From assembly GCA_043228905.1 (NCBI GenBank), contig JBHGNT010000012.1:6138001-6202000 (forward strand): a DNA stretch of 64,000 nucleotides, given 5' to 3'. The position numbers and the translations under genes were made by a program. Every line of letters begins with the position of its first letter. Within the stretch, counting starts at the first letter, position 1. Below the pieces are notes generated by a model, which was not told the origin of the DNA, searched no databases, and saw only the letters and a program-made list of their open reading frames with translations. The stretch comes from Azolla caroliniana (taxonomy: Eukaryota > Plantae > Polypodiophyta). This document shows, piece by piece, positions 1 through 13,058 of the stretch.

Positions 1-204
1 CGAGTGCCATGTCATCCTGGATGAAGGCAGAGCTGGTTTCTGTGGCCAATCAGGTTGTGCCACATCATCGCTGCCGCCACATGGCACATACGGAGCAGCA
101 ACAACTAAGAGGGTGAGCAAGAAATGGGGTTTAAGGGAAATAAAAATAAAGACTTTAGAAACTACCCTAATTCTTCTTCTTGCTTCACACTGTTGACAGT
201 ACAG

Positions 205-305
205 AGAAGAAGCAGAAGCAGAAGAAGAAGAAGAAGAAGAAGAAGAAGAAGAAGAAGAAGAAGAAGGAGAAGGAGAAGGAGAAGGAGAAGGAGAAGGAGA
301 AGAAA
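205..305 (+). repeat. (AGA)n/(AGGAGA)n microsatellite just 5' of the MTM1 start codon
   Basis: Visible purine-only simple repeat; it explains the poly-Arg ORF 124-324. Confidence 0.9.
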
Positions 306-313
306 TAGAAGCG

Positions 314-3094
314 ATGATCGGTGAAAGTCAACCTTCTCCTCCCATCTCCATCCCCGTAAGAAGCTCTACAGACAGCTCCTCCTCCACAGAAGCAAAAAGC
401 TCATCATCATCTTCCTTCGTCAGAGGTTTCTTCTTCAGCAATCACTCATCTCCTTCCTCAGATGCCGATAATCCTTTTCCTCCTCTCAACCCCTCCTATA
501 ACGCTGCTGACATTGTAGAGAGAGGCATCTCTGCTGCCGGTGCTGCCTTCTTTTCTGCTATCATTGTCAATCCATTGGATGTGGTCAAGGTTAGTGCGGC
601 TTATATCCCCTCCTTTCCCCCATTTTCCTTGCTAATTTCTGAACAAAGAAAATGCCAAGTGATATAATGCGGATGATGTATTATCATCCTCTGGAGACAC
701 GTAACTTGACCCGCTTGTCGTCTGTGTCTGGTTCTGGAAGAACATAAACAAGGATAGTTTCTGAGCAAATAATTGTCAAGAGTTATGATTTGGAGTTCAG
801 AACGTCTTGACAAATGGCCCAACCATCTTGATTTTCTGCGCATCTACCATTTCCTCAGGTTGATCTCACATTCTTGAGAGAGAAAGAGAGATCAACCTGA
901 GAAAACGAAGTTTAGACTTAACATCTACTAAAGGTGAAAAATGGCCTATCAGAGAAAAACTGTAACCATTGTTTGAAACACGAAACAAGTTCCAAATATA
1001 AGCTAAACAAAAAGGAAAGAGTGATAGCAGAGTTTGGAAACAAGAGTTCGAGTAACCATGTGCTCAGAGAAATGAAATGAAATGTTAAATTAATGTCTTC
1101 AAAATGACAAAGAAACCTCTGGGAGAAAAGTTACATCAAAGTCAATATCATGGGATGTGTAACAAAATTATACCAACTGTCCCTAAATTAGAGAGATAGA
1201 GAACGATGATGTGTTATCGTCCGCTGGGGGCCAAAGTGACCAATGATACCTCCAAGCTTTTACAAAGTAAGCTACCCAGAACTAATGGGGGGGGGAATTA
1301 GGAACAAAGATAAAATGAAATTAGAAATAAATGTGTATTATGGAATTCCAAGTATGCTTGCATTTGCCAATTGTAAACTGAGTTGAGTGCAAAATGCTAA
1401 CAACTGTGCAGCAAAGCTGCCCAAAACCATGAGTGAGGGGCTGCTCTTGGTAGCAGTTCCTGAAATGTGGTGCATTAATGTGGTGCTCATGAAAAGCATC
1501 TCTAATCTCATGATATCCTGGGCACAGCAAGGTCACATGTGCATTTCTGTTACATTTGCCTCTTCTCCTCATTATCCATCCATGCATTTCTATTTTCAGT
1601 GTGTGGGAAAGTGTACACATCAGTGTGATGGCATACCTTGCTCTCTTGGTCATGGTTGTTGGAATGTTCCCATTATTAAGGATACTATGATAGCAGTAGC
1701 CTTCAAACTTTGGGCTATGTTTAATGCTCTATGGTCTTTCAACATTCAAGAACTCCTCCATCATGTTCCACCATGCAAACCATGCATAGCGGGAGAATAT
1801 TTAGCATACTATACACTTAGAATATGTATGCTATGTATTCTAAAAATATTCTACTGTTTTTGTAAAAAAATATTTAGGATACATATTCTACAGATAAAAT
1901 ACATTAAATATGGAGAATATGTGTAGAATACGTTAAGTACTTCTTAAAATTTAAAGTTCAATTTCTTTGAAGGTTTTTGGAAATGTGAAATACTTGTTAA
2001 ATCCGTAGAATATGTGAAACATTTTTAAATGGAATTTCTAAGACTTAGAATAGTTCAGAGCATTCAGAAACTTACTCTCAACATAGAACACACGTTTTTT
2101 TAGCATTTATGAAACTGTGTCAAAAACCCAAACTGAAGAAAGAGCTTGCCTTTATGGTTCTTCTCTGGTTAATCTCCTATTTTCCATGCTATGCTAGGTA
2201 GGCAGAGCTAAGGCATAGAATCAACTTTCCAAAGGTACTTGTACACGCATTAAGAGGGCATACAATTACTGACAAAATCGTCCCTCTGGCTGGCATTCCC
2301 ACTTCAGATTGCAAAGCTTAAATTTGATTTACATCAAGTAGATAGACAGATTTCCTAGTTCCCATATCTTAAAACAAGATAAAATGTAAAATTCTATTAG
2401 CCTGCTTCTAATATGGGGTTGTGCTTTTATTTGAGGTTTTATTATACAGCAACAGAAAGACATGTTATGTCGCTTATAGAGCTGGCTGAAATACTTGCCC
2501 CTTATCGTGGCTTAATATAAAAGAGTTTGCAACACAAGCATAGATTGACACATGTGTGATTCGTGATATTCTCCATGCGTGATATTCACAATATTTGACA
2601 ATATGAAATGGCCCCAAGAATATTATAAAACCATTCATTTTGCAAAATAAATATAAAAAAAAAAATCATTTTTTGAAAAAACAATTAAAAAAATATTTAT
2701 TTCACTAAAAAAAGAACAGTCATTCATTAATAGATTATAAAAATATGATTAGTATTAAGTCTCCTTTATAGTGTCAAATAAAAAAGGAGCGTATAGTTAA
2801 GTTGTTGTAGTTAAAAAGCTCGTAGTTGGATCTCAGGGCGGGGTGAGCGGTCGCCTCTTTGGTGTGCACTGGTTGCTCCGCTCTTTCTGTCGGGGACGTG
2901 CACCTGTCCTTAACTGGTCGGGACGTGGATTCGGCGATGTTACTTTGAAAAAATTAGAGTGCTCAAAGCAAGCCTATGCTCTGAATACATTAGCATGGAA
3001 TAACGTGATAGGACTTTGGTCCTATTGTGTTGGTCTTTGGGACCGGAGTAATGATTAATAGGGACAGTTGGGGGCATTCGTATTTCATTGTCAG

Positions 3095-3126
<32 letters not shown>

Positions 3127-3127
3127 T

Positions 3128-3158
<31 letters not shown>

Positions 3159-6100
3159 AGTTTATGAACCTTTATTTTAATTAATGAAATAATTAATTAT
3201 TTAAAAAAAACGAATAATTTTATATTTATTATAGAAATGTGATTAGCGTGAAGTCCCATTTTTAATGTGAAATAAAAATATCCATAAAATTTGGAAGAAT
3301 AAAAAGTGGGGAATTAATGAACTTTTATTTTATTTTATTTATTTATTAAAAATAAAACGAATATCTTTACATTTATTATGAAAATTTATTAGTGTCAAGT
3401 CCCTTTTTTATTGTTCCGGTTTGATTGTGAACTTCCCTTTTTTATATCTAGGAAACTAAAAAGGAGGGACTTTATGAGCTCTCACCCTTTTTTTAACAAA
3501 TGCTTTTCATGCATTTGTATGCATTCGTTTGGGAACCCCCACGAATGTGAATATATCAATCAATGAACGCAAGTGATAGTTCTGTTCCAGCTGTGTCATG
3601 TTCAAGCTATGCATGCCTTAGGTCTTATTCACAATGTACACAACACTTGCGAATTAATATAAAAAGTGTGTTTTAGGCGGTGAACTTTATGGTGGGAAAT
3701 ATATACCTTTTTATGTTTTGGTTACTTGTTTATGTAGAGAGTAGATAGATGGTATAAAAAAGTAAAGAGATGAGAGAAGTGCACCATTGCGAAATAGTAA
3801 CACACACATTGCGATGAACTGCCATCCATAACATAGAAATCCCATTTTGCATTAAGATTAACATGGGAAGGACAATAGACTTCCTCATCATTAGTTAGAT
3901 TCTTTGCTGAGGAAATGTGGTCATACTTGGACTAGTTCACACTTGTGAAGGTTGAACTTAATGCCAACCACAGATTACTAGAGACACATTGTAGTTGACC
4001 CAAAAATTTCATAATGAGGACAACTTGTGCAACCTGATTTCTTTATGTAGCAACATTGAAGATGATGATTATATGGAGAATCATATCAATTATTTTCTTC
4101 AACATAGTTTTTAAAGTGTGGAGAGTCTAAATTTAATGTCATATTGAACATTAGAATTAGGAAACAATGGACCCTTATTAAATAACAACTCTCACATTTA
4201 TCAACTTTAACAATGCACAGCTGTATGAATTTCACAATGGACGTGCTTCATTATTCATAATAATCTACAGCTGAAATTCCATATTTGGAAACTTCAAGGA
4301 AGATATTGTCATGGAAGAATAAGTGCTGACAATCATAAACAGTTCTTTTTCTTACCTAAGCCTAGCAATGGGCACGGTTCGGTTTCAAGGCAAAGAAACC
4401 AAACCAAACCGTTTATTTAAAACAAATCCAAACCAAACTGTTTATTTAAAACCAAACCAAACCAAACCTGTTTATGAACTCTCAGTATTTAAACCAAACC
4501 ATTTAAGAAAAAGTTAAAACCAAGCCTTTTAAAACCAAACCGTTTAGGGAAAAGTTGAAACCAAACTGAACCATTTAATAAAAGTTTTTAACCTAACCAC
4601 TTAAGTCAAACTAGTTAAACATCGAAAGAAACAAAAATAAATTAAATTAAATAAGCATTTAAGTTAAATTTATTAAATCAATAAAAGAAACATTAATTGA
4701 ACCATTAAATTAAATAAACATTTAAGTTAAATTAATTAATCAATAAAAAACCATTACATCAATAAACTATTAAGGTAAAAAAAAAAGTTAACCAAAAACC
4801 TATAAACCTTTAAACCTTTAAACCAAACCTGTAAACCTGAGTTTTAGAACCAAACTGTTTATCGAGAATCCAAACCAAACCAAACCATTAACGTTTTTTG
4901 GAACCAATAAACCGTTAAACCATGGCTTTACGGTTCGGTTCGGTTTGAGCCGAAACCGTGCCCATTGCTACCAAAGCCCCCCAATACCAATATATGTCTT
5001 AACACTATTTGGGAACCTGGATCGAAAAAATTTCGCTCTATCCATGAATCTGCTACTGAAGTTGGAGTAGATTTGGATCTGTTGGAAGGATGGAACAATG
5101 TTCATGAATGCATATGTTTTGTGCTTGATTTCTTGGATACATTAACAGTAACCTTTTTCTATGATTATTATGCTGGATGGGTTTCATCACATATTCTCAC
5201 ATATAGCATATTCAAATGCTAGAAGCATGTGACATGTTTTCTTGTGAGTGAACTTTTTCTGCTATTTGTTGCATTATTGTTTGCATATTGTGACAATGTT
5301 CTTGTTGTTTATTTTATTTAGCTGCAAAGCATCACATCATACAAATAATTATTAAGCATCATAACTCTCGTTGATGACTCTGCTCAGTTCTTTGTGCGTT
5401 TCTTATATTGTTATATTGGATACAGACTAGACTTCAGGCGCAAGCTGCAAATGAACCATACCATCATCTAAGACATATATCTCTCAGTCCTGAGTTTGTG
5501 GTAAATATCAACTCTTGCATATTCTCAACATTTAATGACATTTTTAATGTGTGCTTGTTGATGCATGTGTCCAGCTACATGTGTTTGTTGCCATCTCTGT
5601 TTAATGGCTAGTTATACTGCTATAAAACTTTGTCATAACATTAACTTTTTGTTACCATTAAAAATCTCCTAAATCTTACACTTCTTGTTGACTTTGGCAA
5701 GTGTCCTCCTGTTTGTCCACGTGGTGGTGTATCTGGCATTGCCCCGTTATGTCCACCTAGTTGTTTCCGTTACAATAGCACATTTGATGTTTTTGACAAA
5801 ATTATACGACAGGTATGGTTGATGATTTATGTTCAGTATTCTTGTTTAGGCAACGTTCAGATTTCTCTTTTGAACTTTCGTACTCCATGATATCTAGGAG
5901 GGAGTTTTGAGACTCTGGAGAGGCACCAATGCTGGACTCGCACTTGCAGTGCCAACTGTAAGCATAAGCAATGTTGTAAACATTCACTAATATTTGACAT
6001 AAGTTGTAGTTTAGAGTTTCGTATATTTTTCAGGTTGGGATCTATCTGCCATGCTATGATTTGTTCCGTGATTGTCTTGAAGGATATGCTACAAACAACT

Positions 6101-9100
6101 GTCCACAATTAACTCCTTATGCACCTTTGATTGCGGGTTCAATAGCTAGATCTTTGGCTTGCATCATATGCTCACCAATTGAGCTCACAAGGGTGCGGAT
6201 GCAGGTAAAATCATAAGGGATCTTTAATTGTTATACATATTTCTAAATCCATTTTTTAAGCAGAAAGAGTTGTTGATATGGGCTGCTGCAAAGCAAAGCT
6301 TACTTTGCTGTGACAAATTTATGTACAATAATGTCAATAATGTATATATAAAATGTGTATGTGTGGTATGGTCCTAGGGTCAGATCTCAGGACTTTTGCC
6401 TAGGGTAGTGAGTTTTTTTCCTGAAGATGAGTTGTGTTATGTCTTCATATTCATATGTTTATGTTCATATTCTTGTTTATAGATAGATAGATATTTTTAG
6501 TGTCCATAGAGAGGCCAATATTGACCCATGGGACCTAAGTACAAAAGTTATCTTGATGTGTCTCCTTCCTAAGAAAAGGGTTATTCATTCTTTGAAGCAC
6601 CAAGTCTCGATGTGTGAATAAGGCATACACATATGAGCTCAACCTTCTAGGTGTTCTCTTTAATGTGACACTCAAGTCATCATCCCCTCTTATATATCAT
6701 CATAGCTTTCATGAATTGCAATGCGCTGTATGTAGAGCATGTAAAAAGCAAGTGATACTCATCCTCTACTAGCCCTTCCTTCCATACCTTACATCCATCC
6801 CCTTCCATGCCTTGAGAGAATGCAACGTCAATACCTAGGTTGATCGAGTGTGAATGAGTGTTAGGGCTCTAGAGAATTAATACTCATGCTGGTAATGAGG
6901 TAAGGTTGAATATGATCAATAGGCCTTCTTGCCTTATATGGAACCCAACATTTGGGATTCTTCCTTAATGGGTCAATACAACATTCCTCAATAACTACAT
7001 ATTTCATAGCATCACTTGAAAGCTCTAGGAGATCTTTCACATCCATCTTGGGTGAACATTAAATGCATGGGTTGTTGTGATCTTTCTCACTGTGGACTGC
7101 ATTCTGGGATGGAACCGTTGGGGTTCTAGACCACGAGGTAGGTGAATCGAGGAAGGAGAGTTTGATAGCCAAATTCAATTGGTAAATTTTAGTTACAATA
7201 AAAAATTCTAAGATTGATAGTAAAACCCCATATGAAAGAAGTAGATTTATTCTGTGATCAATATACACCCTAATTAATAAAGTAAGAACCCAAAACACGA
7301 TTAGATTAGGCCCCACTAAAATTTCCTAAGTAAGCCGTTTCTAAGATAGCACAAGTTAGCTTTCTTTTTCTCAAGATAGCTTCTAGTCTATATTCCCAAG
7401 TTGGTGAAGCAATCTAAAAAGTAGATGTTGAATGTGCTTTGTGGCCTAAAAAAGGTAGATGTGTGAATATATATTAATATTTACAATGGCTTACAATATA
7501 ATGTGCATAACTGACTATGCTAGTCTGATATTCATCGTTCGTAACTGTGGACTATGTTGTTCCGGAAACTGTTTACACTGTGCCAATGGCAACATGGCAC
7601 CGTGTGGAAACAAGAACAGAGAAATACCTAAAAAGAAGACACCCACTGCATTGTTCATATAGCCCCTTGAGCAATCACTGCATTTGGCCTTATTCCTGTG
7701 TCAACAAGCACAAAGCACACCTTTTATTTTGAAATGCTGGCATATGAATATTTTTTGTATTATTTCGATTTCCAGTCTATGTTACTGAGATGCTTCCAAC
7801 TCCATTATATATCTTTCATGCTGAGGTTTAAGCTTAATGAATTCTTTGAGCTGATGTAGACAAAGCCGATATAGTGTTGGATGATAATGGACATCCTTGA
7901 TTGACTGTTGTCAAGCTAGAGAATGCAGAGACATATATGATGATTTTGTGCAGGCACAAAGAGAATTTCGACCAGGGGTGAAGCCACCTGGGATGTTAAA
8001 AACAATGCTTGAAGTTCTCTCCAGAGTGACCATTTCTTCAGGAGAACGAAGTGAGTTTTTAAATGACACTCATTATGGCTACATATGCTTATATTGTGTA
8101 TGGCATTTAAATGAATGGGTGATTTACATTTGTTTGATAACATGCTGATGTATAATGATAATGTATATTGTTTTTAAGAAAGGTCTTCAAATTATCTAGC
8201 AATGTCATGAGACTGAAAAAAGCAGTATATCAGACATCAAAGGATTATAATCTGTTTGAGTAATTTTTGAATAAATGTGCTGTTGCACAGTGGATGATCA
8301 TGTATGGGCATAACTTTTGAGCATAGTTGTTATTTTCTTTGACTAACAAAAGTTTCATTAATACAGTGAAGGGAGTTACAGCTTTGTGGACTGGAGCTGG
8401 AGCACAACTTGCACGAGATGTTCCATTTTCAGCAATTTGTTGGGCTACGTTAGAGCCGGTTTGTGGGATTTCTTCCCTCATGATGAACGGTTCAAATAAA
8501 CATTATGTTTTCTATTTTCTGTTGGACTAGTTTGGGTCAATAAATATCTTGACTTAATGTAGTTTGTTTGCATCCACGTCACAGTGAAGCCATCCTTGGT
8601 TTGTCTGCTGGTTATAAAGTCAAAGTTACATTAGAGTTCAGTCATGGGCTCAGAAGGTATATAAAAGCATGTTAAATATTGTTGTTATGATTTTTAGCTT
8701 AGAAGACGTTTCATAGAGAGCTTATGTTCGGAGACAAATGCGACAAATATCCTTGGGGCAAATTTTGCTGCAGGCTATGTTGCTGGCAGCATTGCTGCTG
8801 CTGCAACTTGTCCTCTAGATGTCGCTAAAACAAGGCGTCAAATTCAGGTTAAATTTTTTGCTGTATAAAAAGAAGATTGTGGATTTTGGATTGCTATGTA
8901 GATATTCTTCTTTTGCAGGATCCATTGAAAGTTGCCAGAACCAGCACATGGCAGGTGCTAACTCAAGTTTGGAGGTAAAAACAAGCTTTTGCTTAGTAGT
9001 AACTAGTAGTAACAAGGTAAAGCTTCACATGCTTGCCATAAGGATTAATAAAAAGAGAGAGAAGAGAGAAATTTATATGGGAGATGATGAAGCATCAAAT

Positions 9101-9439
9101 CAACAAGTGTTAGAAACAAAAATATATTTAGAAAAAAAGATAAAATCATTAAAAATGTACATTCAAACAAGATGAAAGAAAATTGAAAATTCTTTTTGTT
9201 CCTAAGAAAAGTATAACTGTACTGCCTGATTGCACTGGAGATGACTGAGAAATTGTCATGAAGAGCAAAGATATACAGGAAGAAAGTCATGTGTATGTGT
9301 TATCAGGCAAGGAGGCATTTCAGGATTGTTTATGGGTGTGGTCCCTCGAGTAGCAAGAGCAGGTCCTTCGGTTGGAATAGTCATATCTTTTTATGAGGTT
9401 ATGAAGTACACTCTTCATCAAGCCCACTGTCTTTCTTGA
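314..9439 (+). CDS. MTM1: Mitochondrial carrier protein, MTM1-like (SLC25A39/40 subfamily), 10 exons, about 406 aa
   Basis: Exons 314-589, 5426-5500, 5702-5812, 5898-5957, 6034-6204, 7954-8050, 8367-8458, 8698-8847, 8919-8974, 9307-9439. All introns are GT-AG and the joined 1221 nt is open to TGA. Three carrier signature motifs: NPLDVVKTRLQ, SPIELTRVRMQ, CPLDVAKTRRQ. MTM1-type segments: CPPSCFRY, LWRGTNAGLALAVP, LARDVPFSAICW, PRVARAGPSVGIV. Confidence 0.93.
1190..1780 (-). mobile_element. Degenerate 3' fragment of an RTE/RTEX-like LINE in MTM1 intron 1
   Basis: Minus strand reads SHTLKIEMHGW...HVTLLCPGYHEIR, matching the SHxLxIExGRW...H...CxxY C-terminus. The family 3'-end motif and a GATA/GA tail are at about 1190-1258. 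Confidence 0.65.
2788..3158 (+). pseudogene. Isolated 18S rRNA fragment (V4 region and flanks) in MTM1 intron 1
   Basis: Conserved 18S blocks AGTTAAAAAGCTCGTAGTTGGA, TTACTTTGAAAAAATTAGAGTGCTCAAAGCAAGC, GGGGGCATTCGTATT, CAGAGGTGAAATTCTTGGATTT, GCGAAAGCATTTGCCAAGGATGTTTTCA. No other rDNA nearby. Substitutions at normally conserved sites (GTTGTAGTT for GTTGCAGTT). Confidence 0.95.
4363..4970. mobile_element. Non-autonomous hAT-type MITE, 608 bp
   Basis: 17-bp TIR TAGCAATGGGCACGGTT ... AACCGTGCCCATTGCTA. 8-bp TSD CCTAAGCC / CCAAAGCC (1 mismatch). Subterminal AAACC/AACCG arrays around an AT-rich core. Confidence 0.88.
6479..7060 (-). mobile_element. Degenerate 3' fragment of an RTE/RTEX-like LINE in MTM1 intron 5
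   Basis: Minus strand reads VEDEYHLLFTCSTYSA (zinc-knuckle-like C-terminus). (GATA)n tail and family 3' motif at 6479-6537. Confidence 0.65.
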
Positions 9440-11269
9440 AATACATCAAAGATATAACAGATAACCAAACCATTAAACATATGAGATTTCGAGGTTTGCT
9501 ACACTTCTTTCTCTTAGGTTCAGATGTACGTGACCAAATAAAAATGACCACCCGATGATTCATGAAGTCAAGTTTTAACATTCATGAGCCTGTTTGAGAC
9601 ATTCATGTCCACTAATTTTTGTAGCAATTACATAGCATAACAGAAGCATTGCTGGCTTTTTGAGCAAATTTTACATAAATCAGTGTTGCCTTCTAAAGAG
9701 TCATCCTGATATTTTGGTTCCTATGTATAAACACCAATATATTGCACCTATTTATTTTGTTTTTGCCTGAAGAACCATTGTTTGTTTTTTTTGCTTGCTG
9801 ATGTTTTGAGTACATTGTGGAGGTGGATCAGAAACTCTATTTAATACCATACTGCTGTTTATAATATGACCTTAAGAGGCTTGGATAAATGCATGGCACA
9901 CAATAGACCTGTGAACATTGATATGTGGCACTTCCATTGATTTATTGTGTATTTAATTGATATGTGATGTAATATGGTAAGACGAATTGCTCATAGATTG
10001 ATGAACAAAAGTGAACTGATTTAGTCATTATTATAAATGTAAAAGAGGTTAATCAGGTTTGTGTAATTTGATTGATGGTTTCTTAAAACAAATAACCACT
10101 ATAATTGCACAACTAAATCAATATTTGTAAATAATTGATTAGTAATAATAATTGTGAACCTATGATAGTGATATGACATGTGCGGTTAATAAGAGAAACC
10201 AATCAAGTGGTTACTATGACAGATGTCTTAAACACAATGTATGATATCAGTAAAAACGAAAAAAGGGGTAATAATATAGTAATCCTGAAACAAAGCCCAA
10301 ATTTTGATGAAAAATATAATAATAATAATTTAACACTTTCCTGAGTATATGACAATTATTAGAGGTTTTGTTTTACCTTTCTAGAGCAATTTCAAATTCT
10401 GTAGAGAGTGCCACAAATTTGGTTGATCTTTTCCTTTTGCCATGAAGCTTGGGTTGGGAATAATCTTAGCTACCTACTAGTGTCACAAGAAATGCACATC
10501 CAGTCTGGTTTGTGCTTAGATTTCTTGGATTTCCTTTTTCAAACTTGGGTTGGTCATATAATCATTGCTAGTCCAGTTGTGAACACTCCTATAACAAGGA
10601 AACCCTTGTTAAGTTCTCATATTTTTTATCCCAATTTGTAGGGTTGAGCATTTCCAATTCAAGTATTAGTGGATTTATGGTTTAAAGCAAGAACACATCA
10701 TTTGAAGATGCATGGTTCTATACCATGGAAGCATGAGAAATATATCAATGATCTATGAAAGATTATTAATTTAATCATCTTGAAATACTATGAAATGTAT
10801 CAGTGATCTAAGGAAGATTATTAATGTAATCATAATGGATAACACAAATATAAGGATGTCTTGATGATTTAAAGCTTGATCCCATCATTTTGAGAAAGAC
10901 ATGACATACTAAAGCACAATATGACTTTGGGCATGCCCACCGAATCGACCCACCAACTTGTTGTTTCTAGTTTACATGTTGAACTAACTTTGACGTTCTT
11001 TTTAGTCTAAGATAATACTCATTAATAATGTTACTCTTACAGAATTGGCATTGGAAATTCACTTTCGGAATCTTACTATTGGAGCCAAAGACACAACCAC
11101 ATAATCTTCCTATATTAACAACATAGAAAGAATGGCTCACAACTTAAATGGTTCATTTGCAAGGTCTATAATAGAACGGAACCATGAATATAATAAAAGA
11201 CACAACATTTGTATTTTTTACCTTGGTCTATCAAAAAAGTCGTACTAATCTCAACACACTGCATCATTA

Positions 11270-11373
11270 AGCTGACAAAGGTTCAAACTAAACCCTTGAA
11301 CCAAATTGTTTAAATTGTTAAGCTATGGTTTTATGGTTTGATTCAATTCAAACAAAACCCTTGTCGATTGCTA
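11270..11373. mobile_element. Terminal remnant of an hAT-MITE-like element
   Basis: Ends ...CCCTTGTCGATTGCTA. It is the reverse-complement relative of 24455-24670 and has the same TAGCAAT terminus as 4363. Confidence 0.45.
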
Positions 11374-12289
11374 ATAACCATAAAAAAGAAGTCACAAACT
11401 CTCATTCAAGAAATTGGGTAAGCTCCATTGTGGTTCATTCAAATTCCCAAACACACTTCAAACACTTGTTCACACAAAAGACAGACAAGAGGAGGGTATG
11501 AAATGAACTTAAGAACACTATATAATCAATTATGTGTGTTATGAAATTAACACGGGCATTGGTGGAAAGGCATAATCTTGTTTCATGCAAAAGTAATATA
11601 TTCAATATTGTGAGTCTAGTGTGCGGAGTTAGATATGATGTGTGGGGTCTGGGGGCAAGGGAAGAGCCTTAGGTCCACAAAAACCAAGAAAGAAAGGTAT
11701 ATGAAAGTAGAGATGGTGAAAGTTAAACGAAGTGTTGGAGACAAGAAAATTGGCAAGAACCAAGATAAAACAACAATTAAAAATATGGATTATTTATAAT
11801 TTTTTTGATTGATCAAGTAGGCAATTCCAACCATGGATTATGTATATTGTTTTTTATTGGTTAATCACGCAATGTGGTTGTGTGCAACAATGATTGTTGT
11901 GAACAAACTCTTCCCTTGCTTGTCAATGTGTCATTGGTCAAGCCTATTTTTTTGTGAAAGTATTTGGAAGGCATGTGTTATAAAAGTGAATACTCATTAG
12001 TAGGCTAGGACAAAACCTTTTCTTAAGATGTCTTTGAAAATGATTTAAATAGCTTAACTTTCATTCACTTGCTAGAATTTGGATGTAAAATTAAGACATT
12101 GTAAAACCTAACATTGTAAAAATATACTCAATAAGAGTAAGAGAATAAGAACTTCCATTGAAGCTCAAGAACAGTGTCCATCTTTTGTCTCTCTTCTTGT
12201 TTTACATTTGTGTTTATTGTTGTGCATCTCTTGAAAGTCCTCATACACATTCTTCCGCATATATGTTCATATACTTTCATCACTTAATT

Positions 12290-13020
12290 GCATGGAAGCA
12301 ATGTTTCGAATGGTAGACAACGAGATGGGCTCTAACATGTATCAATGTGTAGGACTTCCTCGTTCCATGAAGAATATGGTTTCGTAGTTAGGTGCAACAT
12401 GTGAAGTATAATGTGTGAAGCGTGAGCATCCACATTTGCCCCATGTCATGATACATTTGTGTTGCAAAAAAGCCTCATTTAAAGAGGAATCTAGTGATGC
12501 ATCATGAAGCAAGTGTGTTGTATCCCATCTACCAAACCATTTTCCAATATCTTGCATCCAAGCGGAACACAAAAATTTGCTTTTATACATCTTTTAGATC
12601 TTTTTGCCTGCTTTCCATGCAATTCTAACAAGTCGATGTAAGGGACTTTTTTAAACCTTAAGCACTTATTCAACAACCCTTTCCATGGCCATGATCTCAA
12701 TGGGAAGTGGTCCTGCTCAAGGAGGAGGGTGTATGGTGTTTGTTTCTTAACTTGTAGAAACTTTGTAAGAAAATGTTTTTGAACATTTTCAAACTTTTTC
12801 CAAGTTGATTACTTCCACCCCATAGAGAAGCACCAGTGTCACTAAAGTGTCGAAAAGGTATTTCATGAGGACCCAACACTTAATATCTCCATGGTTGCAA
12901 CTTGCACATGTCCTCAAGTGCATAATATGCTCTCTTTCTCGCATCTAAGCAGTGTGTAGCACATTCATTCCATCTATGATTTTAAGGAACTCCAAGGCCT
13001 TGTATTTGAAGCTTTCCACG
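12290..13020 (-). mobile_element. RTE/RTEX-like LINE fragment, second diverged copy in tandem with 13030-14595
   Basis: Aligns by eye with 13410-14120 (shared GGGCTCTAACATGTATC, CATCCCATCTACCAAACCA, ATTTCATGAGGACCCAACACTTAATATCTCCATGGTTGCA). Many stops. Confidence 0.85.
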
Positions 13021-13026
13021 TGAGAG

Positions 13027-13029
<3 letters not shown>

Positions 13030-13058
<29 letters not shown>

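Noticed and set aside
1-90. GCCAYRTCATC-like motifs as bZIP promoter elements
   Set aside because: The ACGT cores are not intact and the region is cut by the window edge, so it cannot be told apart from a transposon subterminal repeat.
124-324. Arg-rich 66-aa ORF or uORF overlapping the MTM1 start
   Set aside because: It is a translation of the (AGA)n microsatellite, and nothing shows the ATG at 124 is transcribed.
1387-1926. 179-aa plus-strand ORF in MTM1 intron 1
   Set aside because: Antisense shadow of a decayed LINE 3' region, with a non-ATG start and no recognisable domain.
2788-3158. Functional 18S rRNA gene
   Set aside because: Only about 370 bp, intronic, mutated at conserved positions, and without the rest of the rDNA unit.
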